Shown here piece after piece: positions 17,493 to 28,280 of a stretch of DNA of 64,000 nt (within the stretch, counting starts at the first letter, position 1; every line of letters starts with the position of its first letter). The notes beneath the pieces were generated by a model. The model saw only the letters and a list, made by a program, of their open reading frames with translations. It searched no databases and had not been told where the DNA came from. Source of the stretch: Candidatus Limnocylindria bacterium (GTDB lineage Bacteria; Chloroflexota; Limnocylindria; QHBO01); contig JBIOTW010000033.1 in assembly GCA_044866355.1 (NCBI GenBank), positions 13,373 to 77,372 of the forward strand, given 5' to 3'. The translations under genes were made by a program, and so were the position numbers.

Positions 17493-17792
17493 GTGTTCAC
17501 CGACAAGACCATCACGTGCCGCGACTGCGGGATGGACTTCGTCTTCTCGGCCGGGGAGCAGCAGTTCTACCAGGAGAAGGGGCTGACCCACGAGCCCCAG
17601 CGGTGTGCCAGCTGCCGCGCGGTGGCGAAGCAGAACCGCGCCCTGGGAATCGGCACCGGTGGCGGAGCCCGCGAGATGCACGCCGCGGTATGTGCTGAGT
17701 GCGGGGGCCAGGCCCTGGTGCCGTTCCTTCCCCGCAACGACCGTCCGGTCTACTGCAGCAGCTGCTTCGACAAGGTTCGCGCCCGCTCCTGA
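17493..17792 (+). CDS. Small zinc-ribbon protein with two CxxC pairs
   Basis: 99 aa; GTG start 8 nt after GGAGGAGAGG; TCRDCGMDFVFSAGEQQFYQEKGLTHEPQRCASCR and CAECGG...YCSSC. Confidence 0.55.
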   Translation: MFTDKTITCRDCGMDFVFSAGEQQFYQEKGLTHEPQRCASCRAVAKQNRALGIGTGGGAREMHAAVCAECGGQALVPFLPRNDRPVYCSSCFDKVRARS

Positions 17793-17853
17793 GCCCGGCC
17801 CACTCCTGACCCGGGCCTGACCTGGCACTCGCCCGCCTATACTGCGGGCCCAC

Positions 17854-19032
17854 ATGGAGCCCGGCACGCTGCTTCGCCCACCGACCGAGGTCGGCGGCCG
17901 TCTGCGCCGGGCATACGGCTTCGAGGAGGTCTCCCTCGTGCCGGGGGCCACGACGGTCGAGCCGGCCGAGGTCGACACCGCAGTCGAGATCGGGCCACTC
18001 CGCATGGAGATCCCGTTCCTGGCCGCCGCCATGGACGCGGTCAGCGACCCCGACATGGCCGTGCGCATGCATCGGCTGGGCGGGCTGGCCGTGGTCAACC
18101 TCGATGGCCTGTACACCCGCTATGCCGATGCCGGCCCGATCATCGAGCAGGTCGTCGAGGCCCCGAATGCGGTCGAAGCCGGGCGGGTGCTGGCCGAGGC
18201 CTATGCGGAGCCGATCCGCACCGACCTGATCGGCGCCCTGATCACCCGCATCAAGTCCGCGGGGGCCGCTGCGGCGGTGGCCACCACCCCGGCCTCCGCC
18301 TGGGACCACGCGGCGGTGGCGGCCGAGGCCGGGGCCGACCTGTTCGTGGTCCAGTCCCAGGTCTCGAGCGCCCGACACATCTCGACCTCGGGTCGAGTCC
18401 TCTCCCTGTCGGACCTCACCGGCGCGCTTCGTCTTCCGGTGTTGGTGGGCAACACGGTGAGCGGCGACGCCGCCTACCAGCTCATGGAGCAGGGCGCGGC
18501 CGGGATCCTGGTCGGAGTGGGGCCGGGTGCGGCGTGCACCACGCGGGAGGTGCTCGGGATCGGTGTGCCGCAGGTGTCGGCCACGCTGGAGGTGGCCGCG
18601 GCCCGGGATCGGTTCCTGGCCGAGACCGGACGGTACGTCCCGATCATCACCGACGGGGGGATGAAGACCGGCGGCGACATCGCCAAGGCCATCGCATCGG
18701 GAGCCGATGCCGTCATGCTGGGGACGCCACTGGCGGGCGCACTGGAAGCCCCGGGTCGAGGTTTCAACTGGGGCATGGCGGCGCCATCGCCGACCCTCCC
18801 ACGTGGGACGCGGATCCACCTCGGGGAGCGTCTGCCTCTGGAGCAGATCCTGTTCGGGCCGGCGAGGACCACCCACGGCACACAGAACCTGGTGGGCGCG
18901 CTGCGCCAGAGCATGGGCGCGTTGGGCGCCCGCACGATTCGGGACATGCACCAGGTGGAGATGGTCGTGGCCCCGGCCATCGCCACCGAAGGCAAGTCCT
19001 GGCAGATGGCCGTGGACGACCCGCTGCGTTGA
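17854..19032 (+). CDS. IMP dehydrogenase/GMP reductase family protein lacking the CBS pair (GuaB3-like)
   Basis: 392 aa TIM-barrel IMPDH-family protein; active-site loop GVGPGAACTTREVLGIGVPQ resembles IMPDH GIGPGSICTTR; no CBS insertion. Confidence 0.7.
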   Translation: MEPGTLLRPPTEVGGRLRRAYGFEEVSLVPGATTVEPAEVDTAVEIGPLRMEIPFLAAAMDAVSDPDMAVRMHRLGGLAVVNLDGLYTRYADAGPIIEQVVEAPNAVEAGRVLAEAYAEPIRTDLIGALITRIKSAGAAAAVATTPASAWDHAAVAAEAGADLFVVQSQVSSARHISTSGRVLSLSDLTGALRLPVLVGNTVSGDAAYQLMEQGAAGILVGVGPGAACTTREVLGIGVPQVSATLEVAAARDRFLAETGRYVPIITDGGMKTGGDIAKAIASGADAVMLGTPLAGALEAPGRGFNWGMAAPSPTLPRGTRIHLGERLPLEQILFGPARTTHGTQNLVGALRQSMGALGARTIRDMHQVEMVVAPAIATEGKSWQMAVDDPLR

Positions 19033-19478
19033 TCCGGTTCTCGCGTCGCGTATCGCTGGCGGCGCCTCCGGAGGCCGTGTGGCCCTGGATCGCCGACCCG
19101 ACACGCTTCGCCGAGTGGCGCAAGGGCGCTGGGGTGACGAGCGCCGCCCCGGTCGACGACGGGCAGATGGGGGTGGGCCGCCGATTTCGGATGGACGTCA
19201 CGGCCCAGGGACGCTCCGCCACGCTGGAGTGCACCGTGACCGCGTACGAGCCGAACCGGCGCTTCGCGTTCGCATCCAAGGATGCCTCCGGCTTCGCCGG
19301 CTCGGCGGACACACGCATCGAGCCGGAGGCAGCGGGCACGCGGCTGGACTTCGCGTTCGAGCTCCAGCTCCCCGGCGGCTGGCGCCTGATGCAACCGGTG
19401 ATCAGCCGCGCCCTCGAACAGGCGGCGGACACCGATTTCGCGACCCTGCAGGCCAAATTGGGGCCCAGCCATGGGTGA
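19029..19478 (+). CDS. SRPBCC (START/Bet v1/polyketide-cyclase-like) family protein
   Basis: ~149 aa from TTG overlapping the upstream stop; [22 protein letters not shown] is a typical SRPBCC N-terminus. Confidence 0.45.
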   Translation: MIRFSRRVSLAAPPEAVWPWIADPTRFAEWRKGAGVTSAAPVDDGQMGVGRRFRMDVTAQGRSATLECTVTAYEPNRRFAFASKDASGFAGSADTRIEPEAAGTRLDFAFELQLPGGWRLMQPVISRALEQAADTDFATLQAKLGPSHG

Positions 19479-21180
19479 CGCCGAGCAGCGGGGCAGGACG
19501 GTCCATGGCGAGGCGGCCAACGCCGGTCACCGGGTCCTGGCGCCCGATGACGTGGAGGTCGAGGCCTACCTCGAGCAGGCGCTGCAGGCGGGGGCGCCGG
19601 CGCCCGCCACACAGCCCCCCAGCGAGCTCGGGGAACCGCCCGCCGAGCCGCAGACCATCGTGGTGCTCGATTTCGGCGGCCAGTATGCCCAGCTCATCGC
19701 GCGCCGCGTGCGCGAGCTGAACGTCTACTCCGTCCTGCTCCCCCACGACACCCCGTGGGAGGAGATCGCCGCCCGACGTCCGGTGGGGATCATCCTGTCG
19801 GGCGGGCCGGCATCGGTCTATGACGACGGCGCGCCGCAGGCGGATCCGCGTATCTGGGAGGGCCGCGTCCCGGTCCTGGGCATCTGCTACGGGATGCAGC
19901 TGATGGCCCATCAGCTCGGCGGTCGGGTCGCCCCCGCCGATCGCCGCGAGTACGGTCCGGCGACGATCCAAGCCGCGCCTGACGAGCCGCTGCTCGCCGG
20001 CCTGCCGGGGGCCGCGCCGGTCTGGATGAGCCACGGGGACTCGATCCTGGAGCCGCCACCCGGCTTCCGCACGCTTGCTTCGAGCGAATCCACGCCCCAT
20101 GCCGCAATGGCCAACGAGCGCGGCCTGATGGGCCTCCAGTTCCACCCCGAGGTCGCCCATACACCCCAGGGCCGCGAGATTCTCGCCAACTTCGCGCTGC
20201 GCATCGCGGGTGCGCGTGGCGACTGGACCCCGGCCGGGTTCATCGGTGCCACGGTGGCCACCATTCGGGCCGAGGTGGGGGACGGTCAGGTCATCTGCGC
20301 GCTGTCCGGCGGCGTGGACAGCGCGGTGGCGGCGACCCTCGTCCATCGGGCTGTTTCGGACCAGCTGACCTGTATCTATGTCGACACCGGGCTCATGCGC
20401 AAGCGTGAGTCGGAGCTGCTGCGAGCCACGTTCGAGCAGAACCTCGGCATGCAGCTGCGGATGGTCGACGCCCGCGACCGCTTCCTGCACCGCCTGGCGG
20501 GGGTCACCGACCCGGAGGACAAGCGGCGGATCATCGGGGACGAGTTCATCCGGGTCTTCGAGGAGGAAGCCGTCCGCCTCGGACCCATCGACTTCCTGGT
20601 CCAGGGGACGCTGTACCCCGACGTCATCGAGTCCAAGACGGCCGAGTCCAAGGCGGCCGCCAAGATCAAGACCCACCACAACGTGGGAGGTCTCCCCGCC
20701 GACCTCCGGTTTCGGCTGATCGAGCCGCTCCGCCACCTGTTCAAGGACGAGGTCCGGCGGGTGGGGACCGAGCTCGGCCTGCCGGCGGCCATGATCCAGC
20801 GTCAACCCTTCCCCGGCCCGGGCCTCGCCATCCGGGTCATCGGCGAGGTCACGCCCTCCCGCCTGGAGACCCTGCGCGACGCGGACTGGATCGTCCTGGA
20901 CGAGATCAAGGCCGCGGGCCTGTACGACCAGCTGTGGCAGAGCTTCGCCATCCTGACCCCCATCGACACCGTGGGCGTCATGGGCGACGGTCGCACCTAC
21001 GCCAACGTGGTCGCCGTCCGGGCCGTGACCTCCGACGACGGGATGACCGCCGACTGGGCCCGCCTGCCCTACGACCTGCTGGCCCGCATCAGCGCCCGGA
21101 TCGTGAACGAGGTGCCCGGCGTGAACCGGGTCGTCTACGACGTGAGCAGCAAGCCGCCGGCCACCATCGAGTGGGAGTAG
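19471..21180 (+). CDS. guaA: GMP synthase (glutamine-hydrolysing)
   Basis: GATase-1 domain ([28 protein letters not shown], catalytic GICYGMQL), ATP-PPase SGGVDSAV, C-terminal dimerisation domain. The ATG at 19471 leaves a ~60-aa low-complexity N-terminal extension; the true start may be later. Confidence 0.9.
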   Translation: MGDAEQRGRTVHGEAANAGHRVLAPDDVEVEAYLEQALQAGAPAPATQPPSELGEPPAEPQTIVVLDFGGQYAQLIARRVRELNVYSVLLPHDTPWEEIAARRPVGIILSGGPASVYDDGAPQADPRIWEGRVPVLGICYGMQLMAHQLGGRVAPADRREYGPATIQAAPDEPLLAGLPGAAPVWMSHGDSILEPPPGFRTLASSESTPHAAMANERGLMGLQFHPEVAHTPQGREILANFALRIAGARGDWTPAGFIGATVATIRAEVGDGQVICALSGGVDSAVAATLVHRAVSDQLTCIYVDTGLMRKRESELLRATFEQNLGMQLRMVDARDRFLHRLAGVTDPEDKRRIIGDEFIRVFEEEAVRLGPIDFLVQGTLYPDVIESKTAESKAAAKIKTHHNVGGLPADLRFRLIEPLRHLFKDEVRRVGTELGLPAAMIQRQPFPGPGLAIRVIGEVTPSRLETLRDADWIVLDEIKAAGLYDQLWQSFAILTPIDTVGVMGDGRTYANVVAVRAVTSDDGMTADWARLPYDLLARISARIVNEVPGVNRVVYDVSSKPPATIEWE

Positions 21181-21206
21181 CCCCTCCCCGTAGGATGCGC
21201 TGACCG

Positions 21207-24149
21207 ATGTCCTCGTGGTTCGACAAGCTGCTCGAAGAGATGCAGCGGCGGCAGATGGAGCAGGATCGTGCCCGCCAGGGACGACCGCTGCGCCCCGATG
21301 AGCCGGTGGGCCCGCCGGAGGAGCAGATCCCCGACGACGAGGGTGGCTCCCGACCCCCACCCTTCAGACGGCGCCGCCGCCGGCGCGGCGGGCCCAATCC
21401 ACCCGGCAACTGGATCCGGCCGGTGCTGTTCCTGGCCGGCGCGTTCGTGCTGCTCCAGCTCCTGGGTGGCCTGATCGAGCTGTTCACCGATCTGGCGTGG
21501 TACGACGCCCTGGGGCGCCGCGACGTCCTGCTGACCCGCTTCGTCGCCCACCTGGGCTGGTTCATGGCCGGGTTCGCGCTGTTCACGATTCCGGCCCTGG
21601 TCAGCCTGTGGGCGGCGGCGCGCCTCGGGCCCCAGGTGCCGGTGCGCCGGGTGGGCCCGGTCGAGCTGCCGGATCTCTCCCGCCCGGTCGGGTTCGTGCT
21701 GGGGGCGCTCGCGGTCCTGGGCGGGCTGGTCAGCGGCCTGGCGTGGGGTGGCAGCTGGCAGACAATCCTCCTGTTCTTCAACGGAGGCGATTTCGGGACC
21801 AGCGACGCGGCCTTCGGCCGCGACATCGGCTTCTACGTCTTCGACCTGCCCTTCTGGCGCTTCGCCCAGGGCTGGGTGGTCACCGCGCTGGCCGCCATCA
21901 TCGGTCTGACGGTGGGTGCCTATGCCGTATCCGCCACCAGATGGACGTTCCAGCTGACGGCGCCGGTTCGCGTCCACCTCAGCCTGCTGGGCGCGGCGCT
22001 CCTGCTGGCGATCGCCGGCGGGTACCAGCTGGACATCGCGGACCTGACGTACTCAACGCGCGGCATCGGGGGGACCGTCCAGGCGGCGATGTACACGGAC
22101 ATCAACGCGCAGGCCCCGGCCTACCTGATCCTGAGCGGGGTGGCCGTCGTGTCGGCCGGGCTGCTGCTGGCCAACATCTGGTTCCGCACCCTGTGGCTCA
22201 TCGGCCTGGCGGCAGGCGCCTGGTTCGTGCTGTCGCTGCTCGTGGGCGGCGTCTATCCGGGCATCGTCCAGCGCTTCACGGTGGAGCCCAACGAGCTGGA
22301 TCGCGAGCGCGTCTACCTCGAGCGCCACCTGGCCGCGACCCGGGCCGCGTACGACCTGGAATCCATCGAGCTGCGCGCGTTCACCGGGGAGCAGCGCCCC
22401 ACCCGGGCCCTGTTCGACCAGAACCCGGAGACCCTCAACAACCTGCGCCTGTGGGACTACCGTCCCCTGTTGGTGACCTTCGGCCAGCAGCAGATCCTGC
22501 GCCAGTACTACAACTTCCTGGACGTCGACATCGACCGATACGTCATCGATGACCAGCAGCGCCAGCTGATGCTGTCCGGCCGCGAGATCGAGATCGACCG
22601 ATTGGCGGATGCGGCCCGCACCTGGACCAATGAGCGGTTGGTGTTCACCCACGGATACGGCCTGACGGCGGTGGCATCCAATGCCATCACCCCGGAGGGC
22701 CAGCCCGACTACCTCATCAGCGGGATCAACCGGGAGCCGGACCTGCCAGTGGGCGAGCCGCGGCTCTACTTCGGCGAGGCGACCGACGACTACGTGGTGG
22801 TCCGGACCCGCACCGCGGAGTTCGACTTCCCGCTGGGTGACGAGGGGGGCGAGACGACCTCGTGGGCCGGCCAGACCGGGGTGCGGGTCGACAACGTCCT
22901 GTCTCGCCTCCTGTTCGCCATTCGATTCGGCGACCTGAACCTGCTCATCAGCGACCAGCTCACGGACGACTCGGTCGTCCTTTTCCGGCGGGCCATCTGG
23001 CAGCGGGTCCCGGAGCTCGCCCCGTTCCTGCACTACGACGCCGATCCGTACCTGGTCAGCGCCGACGACCGGCTGGCGTGGATCTGGGACGCGTACACGA
23101 CCTCGGACCGCTACCCGAACGCGCAGCCGCTGCCGCCGGAGACCGCGTTCGGTGGTGCGAACTACGTCCGCAATGCGGTCAAGGTGGTGATCGACGCCTA
23201 CACCGGCGAGATGCGCTTCTTCGTGGCCGATGCGGACGATCCGATCGTTGCCGCGTGGGGCCGGATCTTCCCCGGCCTGTTCGAGCCACTGGCGGACATG
23301 CCCGAGGCGCTGGTCCCTCACCTGCGCTACCCGGAGGACCTGTTCACCGCCCAGAACACGGCGTACCTGCTCTACCACATCGCGCCGACCGCCGCCGGGG
23401 CCGGGACCTTCTACAACCAGGAGGACCGCTGGTCGTTCCCGACCCAGCAGATCGATGTCGCTGGTGAGGGTCGGGAGGTGGAGCCCTACTACGTGATCAT
23501 GAAGGTCCCCGGCGAGGACGCCGGTGAGTTCGTCCTCATCCAGCCCCTGGTGGCCGCCAGCCGGCCGAACATGATCTCCTGGGTCGCAGCGCGCATGGAC
23601 CCCGGGGTCTACGGCGAGCGGATCGAGTTCCGGTTCCCGGTCGACACCACCACCCAGGGACCGGCCCAGATCCAGGCCCGGATCAACCAGGACTCGCGCA
23701 TCAGCGCCCAGTTCACGCTCTGGAGCCAGGCCGGGTCGGAGGTCGTGCGGGGCGACCTGCTGGTGCTGCCGATGGGGGACTCGGTCCTGTACGTCGAGCC
23801 GATCTACCTGCGTTCCACGCAGTCCAGCTTCCCCGAGTTCAAGCGCGTGATCCTGACCGATCAGACCCGGATCGCCTTCGCCGAGACGATCGACGAGGCG
23901 CTGCGCCAGCTGCTGGGGGAGTCCGAGATCCCGGAGCCGGGCGGCGACGGTGACGGGGGTGGGGGTGGCGTGCTGCCCGATGACGTGGCACAGCTCATCG
24001 CCCTGGCCCAGGAGCTGTACGACGACGCGCAAGCTGCGCTGGAGCGGGGAGACCTGGGCGCCTACCAGGACGCGGTGGACGAGTTGGGACGGGTCCTGGA
24101 CCGCATCGCCGAGCTGACCGGATCGCCACCGCCGTCACCCGCCCCCTGA
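21207..24149 (+). CDS. UPF0182-family large membrane protein
   Basis: 980 aa; N-terminal 7-TM block beginning LFTDLAWYDALGRRDVLLTRF followed by a large extracytoplasmic domain, the architecture and length of actinobacterial UPF0182 proteins. Confidence 0.65.
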   Translation: MSSWFDKLLEEMQRRQMEQDRARQGRPLRPDEPVGPPEEQIPDDEGGSRPPPFRRRRRRRGGPNPPGNWIRPVLFLAGAFVLLQLLGGLIELFTDLAWYDALGRRDVLLTRFVAHLGWFMAGFALFTIPALVSLWAAARLGPQVPVRRVGPVELPDLSRPVGFVLGALAVLGGLVSGLAWGGSWQTILLFFNGGDFGTSDAAFGRDIGFYVFDLPFWRFAQGWVVTALAAIIGLTVGAYAVSATRWTFQLTAPVRVHLSLLGAALLLAIAGGYQLDIADLTYSTRGIGGTVQAAMYTDINAQAPAYLILSGVAVVSAGLLLANIWFRTLWLIGLAAGAWFVLSLLVGGVYPGIVQRFTVEPNELDRERVYLERHLAATRAAYDLESIELRAFTGEQRPTRALFDQNPETLNNLRLWDYRPLLVTFGQQQILRQYYNFLDVDIDRYVIDDQQRQLMLSGREIEIDRLADAARTWTNERLVFTHGYGLTAVASNAITPEGQPDYLISGINREPDLPVGEPRLYFGEATDDYVVVRTRTAEFDFPLGDEGGETTSWAGQTGVRVDNVLSRLLFAIRFGDLNLLISDQLTDDSVVLFRRAIWQRVPELAPFLHYDADPYLVSADDRLAWIWDAYTTSDRYPNAQPLPPETAFGGANYVRNAVKVVIDAYTGEMRFFVADADDPIVAAWGRIFPGLFEPLADMPEALVPHLRYPEDLFTAQNTAYLLYHIAPTAAGAGTFYNQEDRWSFPTQQIDVAGEGREVEPYYVIMKVPGEDAGEFVLIQPLVAASRPNMISWVAARMDPGVYGERIEFRFPVDTTTQGPAQIQARINQDSRISAQFTLWSQAGSEVVRGDLLVLPMGDSVLYVEPIYLRSTQSSFPEFKRVILTDQTRIAFAETIDEALRQLLGESEIPEPGGDGDGGGGGVLPDDVAQLIALAQELYDDAQAALERGDLGAYQDAVDELGRVLDRIAELTGSPPPSPAP

Positions 24150-24157
24150 GTTCGGCC

Positions 24158-24991
24158 TTGGTGCGCGACTGGCTGGGCGAAGGGCTGGCCGCCGCCCGGA
24201 TCGCCGCCGACCGACCCGAGCTGTGGATCCCCGGTGCGATCGTGTCGTTCGCCTCCGCGGGCTGGGTCGTGTTCCTGGCGGTCGTCGCCTCGCCGGCCGA
24301 CGAGAACGACGTCCTGTTTCTCGGGATCCGGCTGGCGGCCAGCCCGTGGTGGCCGTGGAACCTGGTCGCCCTGGTGGCGGCGGTGCTGTCCGGAATGGGG
24401 ACGATGCTGCTGGCCGTCGCGTTTGGTGAGGTGGCGCTCCAGATGGGCCTTTCGGAGGATCGGCGCGAGATCCCGACCATCCCGCGCGCCATGGCTGCCC
24501 TCGCACTGCCCGGGGGCGCGGTCCTGATCGTCGCCGCAGCCCTGGTCTGGGCTTCGGTGCCGGCCTTCACCGATGCGCTGATCCATTCCGATCAGGCCGC
24601 CCCATACCTGGTCCGGCTGGCCGTTTCCGCGTTCCCGGCGCTGCTCGCCCTCGTCGTGGCGGCCGTCGTGGCCCAGGCCGTTGGGGCCGTGGCGTTGCGA
24701 CGGCCGTGGAACGCCGCGCTGTCGACGCTCCGACGCCGAGGCGGGCGCCTGGTCGCCCAGGCAGCGGTGACCATGGCCCTGTTCGTCGCTGCTCAGTCGG
24801 TGACCGTGATGGTCCTCGCGGCGCTGTGGCGGCCCCTGTCCGGACGCCTGGCGTCGGGCGGTGTGGCGGAGCCGGCGACCCCTATCCTCCTGCTAGGCTT
24901 CGTGTGGATCTGGCTCGTGCTGGTGATCCTGGCCGGCGTCATCCAGGCCTGGATCGCCGCCTGGTGGAACCGGGAGCTGGAGCGCGAATAG
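24158..24991 (+). CDS. Hypothetical polytopic membrane protein
   Basis: 277 aa, ~6 hydrophobic helices, no motif I recognise; starts 9 nt after the UPF0182 stop. Confidence 0.4.
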   Translation: MVRDWLGEGLAAARIAADRPELWIPGAIVSFASAGWVVFLAVVASPADENDVLFLGIRLAASPWWPWNLVALVAAVLSGMGTMLLAVAFGEVALQMGLSEDRREIPTIPRAMAALALPGGAVLIVAAALVWASVPAFTDALIHSDQAAPYLVRLAVSAFPALLALVVAAVVAQAVGAVALRRPWNAALSTLRRRGGRLVAQAAVTMALFVAAQSVTVMVLAALWRPLSGRLASGGVAEPATPILLLGFVWIWLVLVILAGVIQAWIAAWWNRELERE

Positions 24992-25009
24992 AACGTTGAG
25001 CACACCGCG

Positions 25010-25498
25010 ATGACACCCCATCTGCCGCCTGAGCTCCAGGCCGAGCTCGCCCTGCGCCTGGCCCTGAGCCTGGGCCTGGGTGCTGTCATTGGATTCGAGC
25101 GGGAGTACCACCGCCGGGCGGCCGGCTTTCGAACGCACAGCCTGGTCGCCCTGGGTGCGGCGCTGTTCACCGTGGTGGGCGCCTACGGATTCGAGGAGGG
25201 GGACCCCACCCGAATTGCGGCCCAGATCGTGACCGGCATCGGTTTTATCGGGGCAGGAACCATCCTCCAGTACCGCGGGAGCGTGCGCGGCCTCACCACG
25301 GCGGCTTCGCTGTGGGCCGTGGCCGCGGTGGGGATGGCGGCCGGCGCCGGCCTGTACGTCCTGGCGCTTGTCGGCTCGCTCCTCGTCCTCGTGGCCCTGT
25401 GGCTCATGGATCGGCTGGCGGAACGGGCCCGCGAAGCCGGGCTCCTGCCTCCGGAAGACGACAAGATGCCTGCGCCGCGACCCAAAGACGATCGGTGA
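25010..25498 (+). CDS. MgtC/SapB family membrane protein
   Basis: 162 aa; LALSLGLGAVIGFEREYHRRAAGFRTHSLVALGAALFTVVG is the MgtC signature. Confidence 0.8.
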   Translation: MTPHLPPELQAELALRLALSLGLGAVIGFEREYHRRAAGFRTHSLVALGAALFTVVGAYGFEEGDPTRIAAQIVTGIGFIGAGTILQYRGSVRGLTTAASLWAVAAVGMAAGAGLYVLALVGSLLVLVALWLMDRLAERAREAGLLPPEDDKMPAPRPKDDR

Positions 25499-26283
25499 CC
25501 GACGCTTCCGTGTGCCGGCGCTGCGGCACGGCCAACCGTCCCGGCATCTCCTTCTGCGCGAACTGCGGCCAGCGGCTGGTCGCCGCCGAGGACGCCACCA
25601 TGAGTCGGCCCGGCTCCGTCGCCGAATCGGCGCCCTGCCCGCGCTGCGGTGCGATCAATCGAGCCGGCTCTGCGTTCTGCTCGGAGTGCGGATTCAACAT
25701 TCGGCTGGCGGTGACCCCCGCGGCGGGTTCTTTCGCCAGCCCGGCCGACGCGGCGCTCCACGAGGGCAGACCGGCGCCACTCCCCGAGGCAGCGGCGCCA
25801 AGCACGGACCGACCGGTGCGCGCTTGGCTGGGGCCCATGGTCATGACCATCGCCGCGGTCGGGCTGGGGACGGCCTGGTTCCTGCCCTTCTCCCAGGTCG
25901 AGGGCTCGCTGGCCGATCAGGCCCTCGGCCCCTCGGGCTACGGCCTGGCCTTCTGGACGGCCTATCCCGCCGATGCGGGACTGCTCCAGTCCACCTATTT
26001 CGGCGTGGCCGCTCCGCTGCCGATCCTGGTGGGGATGCTCCTGGTGCTGGCCGGGGTGGGCATCCTGCGCGGGTCGCCGGGCCGGCCGCAGCGGATCGGC
26101 CTGTGGATCGTCCTGGTGTGGTGCGCGGTGCTCGCCATCCTGTTCGTGGTGGTCGAGATCGGATCGGGCCTCGGGGACGACCTCATCGACCTCCTGCGCG
26201 GGCTGTCGCCGGCGGGGCTGATCGGGTTCCTGTCGGGGATCATCGGCGCCATCGGGTCCGTGACCCGCTTGGCCGGAGGCTGA
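25495..26283 (+). CDS. Double zinc-ribbon membrane protein
   Basis: GTG overlapping the mgtC stop; two CxxC-x10-13-CxxC ribbons (CRRCGTANRPGISFCANCG; CPRCGAINRAGSAFCSECG) then ~5 TM helices. Confidence 0.5.
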   Translation: MTDASVCRRCGTANRPGISFCANCGQRLVAAEDATMSRPGSVAESAPCPRCGAINRAGSAFCSECGFNIRLAVTPAAGSFASPADAALHEGRPAPLPEAAAPSTDRPVRAWLGPMVMTIAAVGLGTAWFLPFSQVEGSLADQALGPSGYGLAFWTAYPADAGLLQSTYFGVAAPLPILVGMLLVLAGVGILRGSPGRPQRIGLWIVLVWCAVLAILFVVVEIGSGLGDDLIDLLRGLSPAGLIGFLSGIIGAIGSVTRLAGG

Positions 26284-26294
26284 AGGGGGTCTGG

Positions 26295-28010
26295 CTAGCC
26301 CGCCTGCTCGGCAGGCCGGAGCGGGGATTCGAGACCGGGAGCTTCTCCGGCCGTCTCCGGAGGGCTTGGCACAGGACGTCTGCGTCGCGCGTCCGAGTCG
26401 GCGGCGGCCGCCTCGGCAGGCGGGGCTGGGTGTGCAGAGGAGGCTGCGCCGGCGTTGAGCAGGGCGGCGGCTCGCGGGTCGATCACCTCCAACCCGCCGT
26501 GCGCATACGCATGGAGGCGCTGAACCTCCTCCTGGCCGTCGGACGGGACCTCGTCGCCGAAGACCGCCGAGAAGACCTCGACCACGGTCGGATCGAACTG
26601 GGTGGAAGCGTGGCGCCGCAGCTCGGCCAGGGCCTGGGCATGGGAGAGCGCGGCCTTGTAGGGACGCTCGTGAACCATGGCGTGGTAGGCGTCCGCCACG
26701 GCCACGATCCGCGCCCCGAGCGGGATCTCCTCCCCGCGCAGGCCGTGGGGATATCCCGTCCCGTCGTAGCGCTCGTGGTGGTGGAGGACGATGGGGACGG
26801 CGTCTCGCATGCTGGTCGCCTGCTCGAGGATGACCTGACCGATGCGGGGGTGCTCGCCGACCACCTGCCACTCGAGCTCGGTCAGCGAGGAAGGCTTGTC
26901 CAGGATGGCGTCGGGGAGAGCCAGCTTGCCCAGGTCGTGGAGCAGGGCCGCGATCCGGATTCGCTCCATCTCGATCCGTGACAGGCCCATGTGGAGCGCC
27001 ACCCCGATCGACAGGGCGGCGATCATGTCGGACGGCCGTCCCCGATGATTCGGCTGAGGAGCCAGGACCGATGCCAGCGCCTGCGCGGCGCTGGCGCCGG
27101 CCCAGCGCCCGATGGCCGCCGCCGCATCGCGCCGCTCTGAGGTGATCGCGGCGCGTGGGATCTGCGTGTCGTCGGTGACGTCGCCGGCGAGATAGCTCCG
27201 GTTGCGGCCCTCGGACTTGGCGACGTACATCGCGGCGTCCGCCGCATCGACGATGCGGTCGACAAGCAGGTCGGAGCCGTGGCCACCGGCCACGCCGATG
27301 CTGATCGTCGCATCCACCAGGATGCCCACCCCCACGTTGAGAGGACGCCGCATGACCATCTCTCGCAGCTCCTCGACCAGGACGAGCGCGTCGGCGGGCG
27401 CGGTCTCGGGGAGGATCAGCATGAACTCCTCCCCGCCATACCGACCGAAGATGTCGCTGGCCCGGATGCTGCGTGTGATGAGCCCGGCCAGCTGGCGCAG
27501 GACCGCGTCGCCCACTCGGTGGCCGTAGGTGTCGTTGATCGCCTTGAATCGGTCAATGTCCATGAATGCCACTGACAGCGGCTTCGAATGACGTGTCGCG
27601 CGCTCGACCTCGGCGGTCAGCTGCAGGATCAGCGATTCGCGGTTCGGGACGCCGGTCAGCCGGTCGCGCGTGGCCTGCGCCTCGGCCAGGGCAAAGCTGC
27701 CGGCGGCGCGGTTGAATGCCCGCGCCAGGCGACGCTCGTCGGGCACGCCCGACTCCTTGAGCTGCACCGGCTGCCCCTCATCGACGGTTCTTTCCAGGTC
27801 CCGTGCCAGGCGCCGGAGACGGAGCCCGAAGTAGGCCCAGGTCGCCAGGGCCATGGCCGTGGCGCCCACGCCGATGGCCAGCCCCACCAGCCCGATCGTG
27901 AATCCCCTGGTCTCGGGCGGCTGGTGCACCAGCATCGCTCCCAGGAGTGTCAGGCAAACGGCGGCCAGCGCGGGGTACAGGAAGCCGATGAGCCTCAGAA
28001 GCCCGAGCAA
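26295..28010 (-). CDS. Membrane-anchored GGDEF diguanylate cyclase fused to HD-GYP c-di-GMP phosphodiesterase
   Basis: 571 aa; 2 N-terminal TM helices; GGDEF domain (RYGGEEFMLILPE, product-inhibition site RxxD present); HD-GYP domain (HDLGKLALP ... HHHERYDGTGYP). Confidence 0.85.
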   Translation of the reverse strand: MLGLLRLIGFLYPALAAVCLTLLGAMLVHQPPETRGFTIGLVGLAIGVGATAMALATWAYFGLRLRRLARDLERTVDEGQPVQLKESGVPDERRLARAFNRAAGSFALAEAQATRDRLTGVPNRESLILQLTAEVERATRHSKPLSVAFMDIDRFKAINDTYGHRVGDAVLRQLAGLITRSIRASDIFGRYGGEEFMLILPETAPADALVLVEELREMVMRRPLNVGVGILVDATISIGVAGGHGSDLLVDRIVDAADAAMYVAKSEGRNRSYLAGDVTDDTQIPRAAITSERRDAAAAIGRWAGASAAQALASVLAPQPNHRGRPSDMIAALSIGVALHMGLSRIEMERIRIAALLHDLGKLALPDAILDKPSSLTELEWQVVGEHPRIGQVILEQATSMRDAVPIVLHHHERYDGTGYPHGLRGEEIPLGARIVAVADAYHAMVHERPYKAALSHAQALAELRRHASTQFDPTVVEVFSAVFGDEVPSDGQEEVQRLHAYAHGGLEVIDPRAAALLNAGAASSAHPAPPAEAAAADSDARRRRPVPSPPETAGEAPGLESPLRPAEQAG

Positions 28011-28280
28011 GCGATCCTCCGGATGGTGGGGACGAGCGCAGCATCGGGCCAGCCCGCCGAAAGGGCCATGGCCTGATCGTCAGGTGCGAACTTGCGAGCC
28101 GTGACCGATTGCTTCCGCGGGGGCCGTTGTGGGGTCCGGTGGAGTACTCACCCCGGACCAATGGCGGGGGCCAGAGGTCGTCTGGGGTCGCCGAACGGTC
28201 ATCTGCTAGGATGACGCGCGCGTTTGGCGTGCCATGGAGGCGCGCTCGCCCCGCGTCCCCCCACAGAGAGGCATCGGCGA

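Noticed and set aside
17512-19104. 530-aa minus-strand ORF over the zinc-ribbon and IMPDH-family genes
   Set aside because: Antisense artefact; Arg/Gly-rich.
19402-24032. Minus-strand ORFs 19402-21360 (652 aa) and 22053-24032 (659 aa)
   Set aside because: Antisense to guaA and the UPF0182 gene, respectively.
25183-26871. 562-aa minus-strand ORF and 537-aa plus-strand ORF 25368-26981
   Set aside because: Overlap mgtC, the zinc-ribbon gene and the GGDEF-HD-GYP gene in wrong frames or strands; low-complexity translations.
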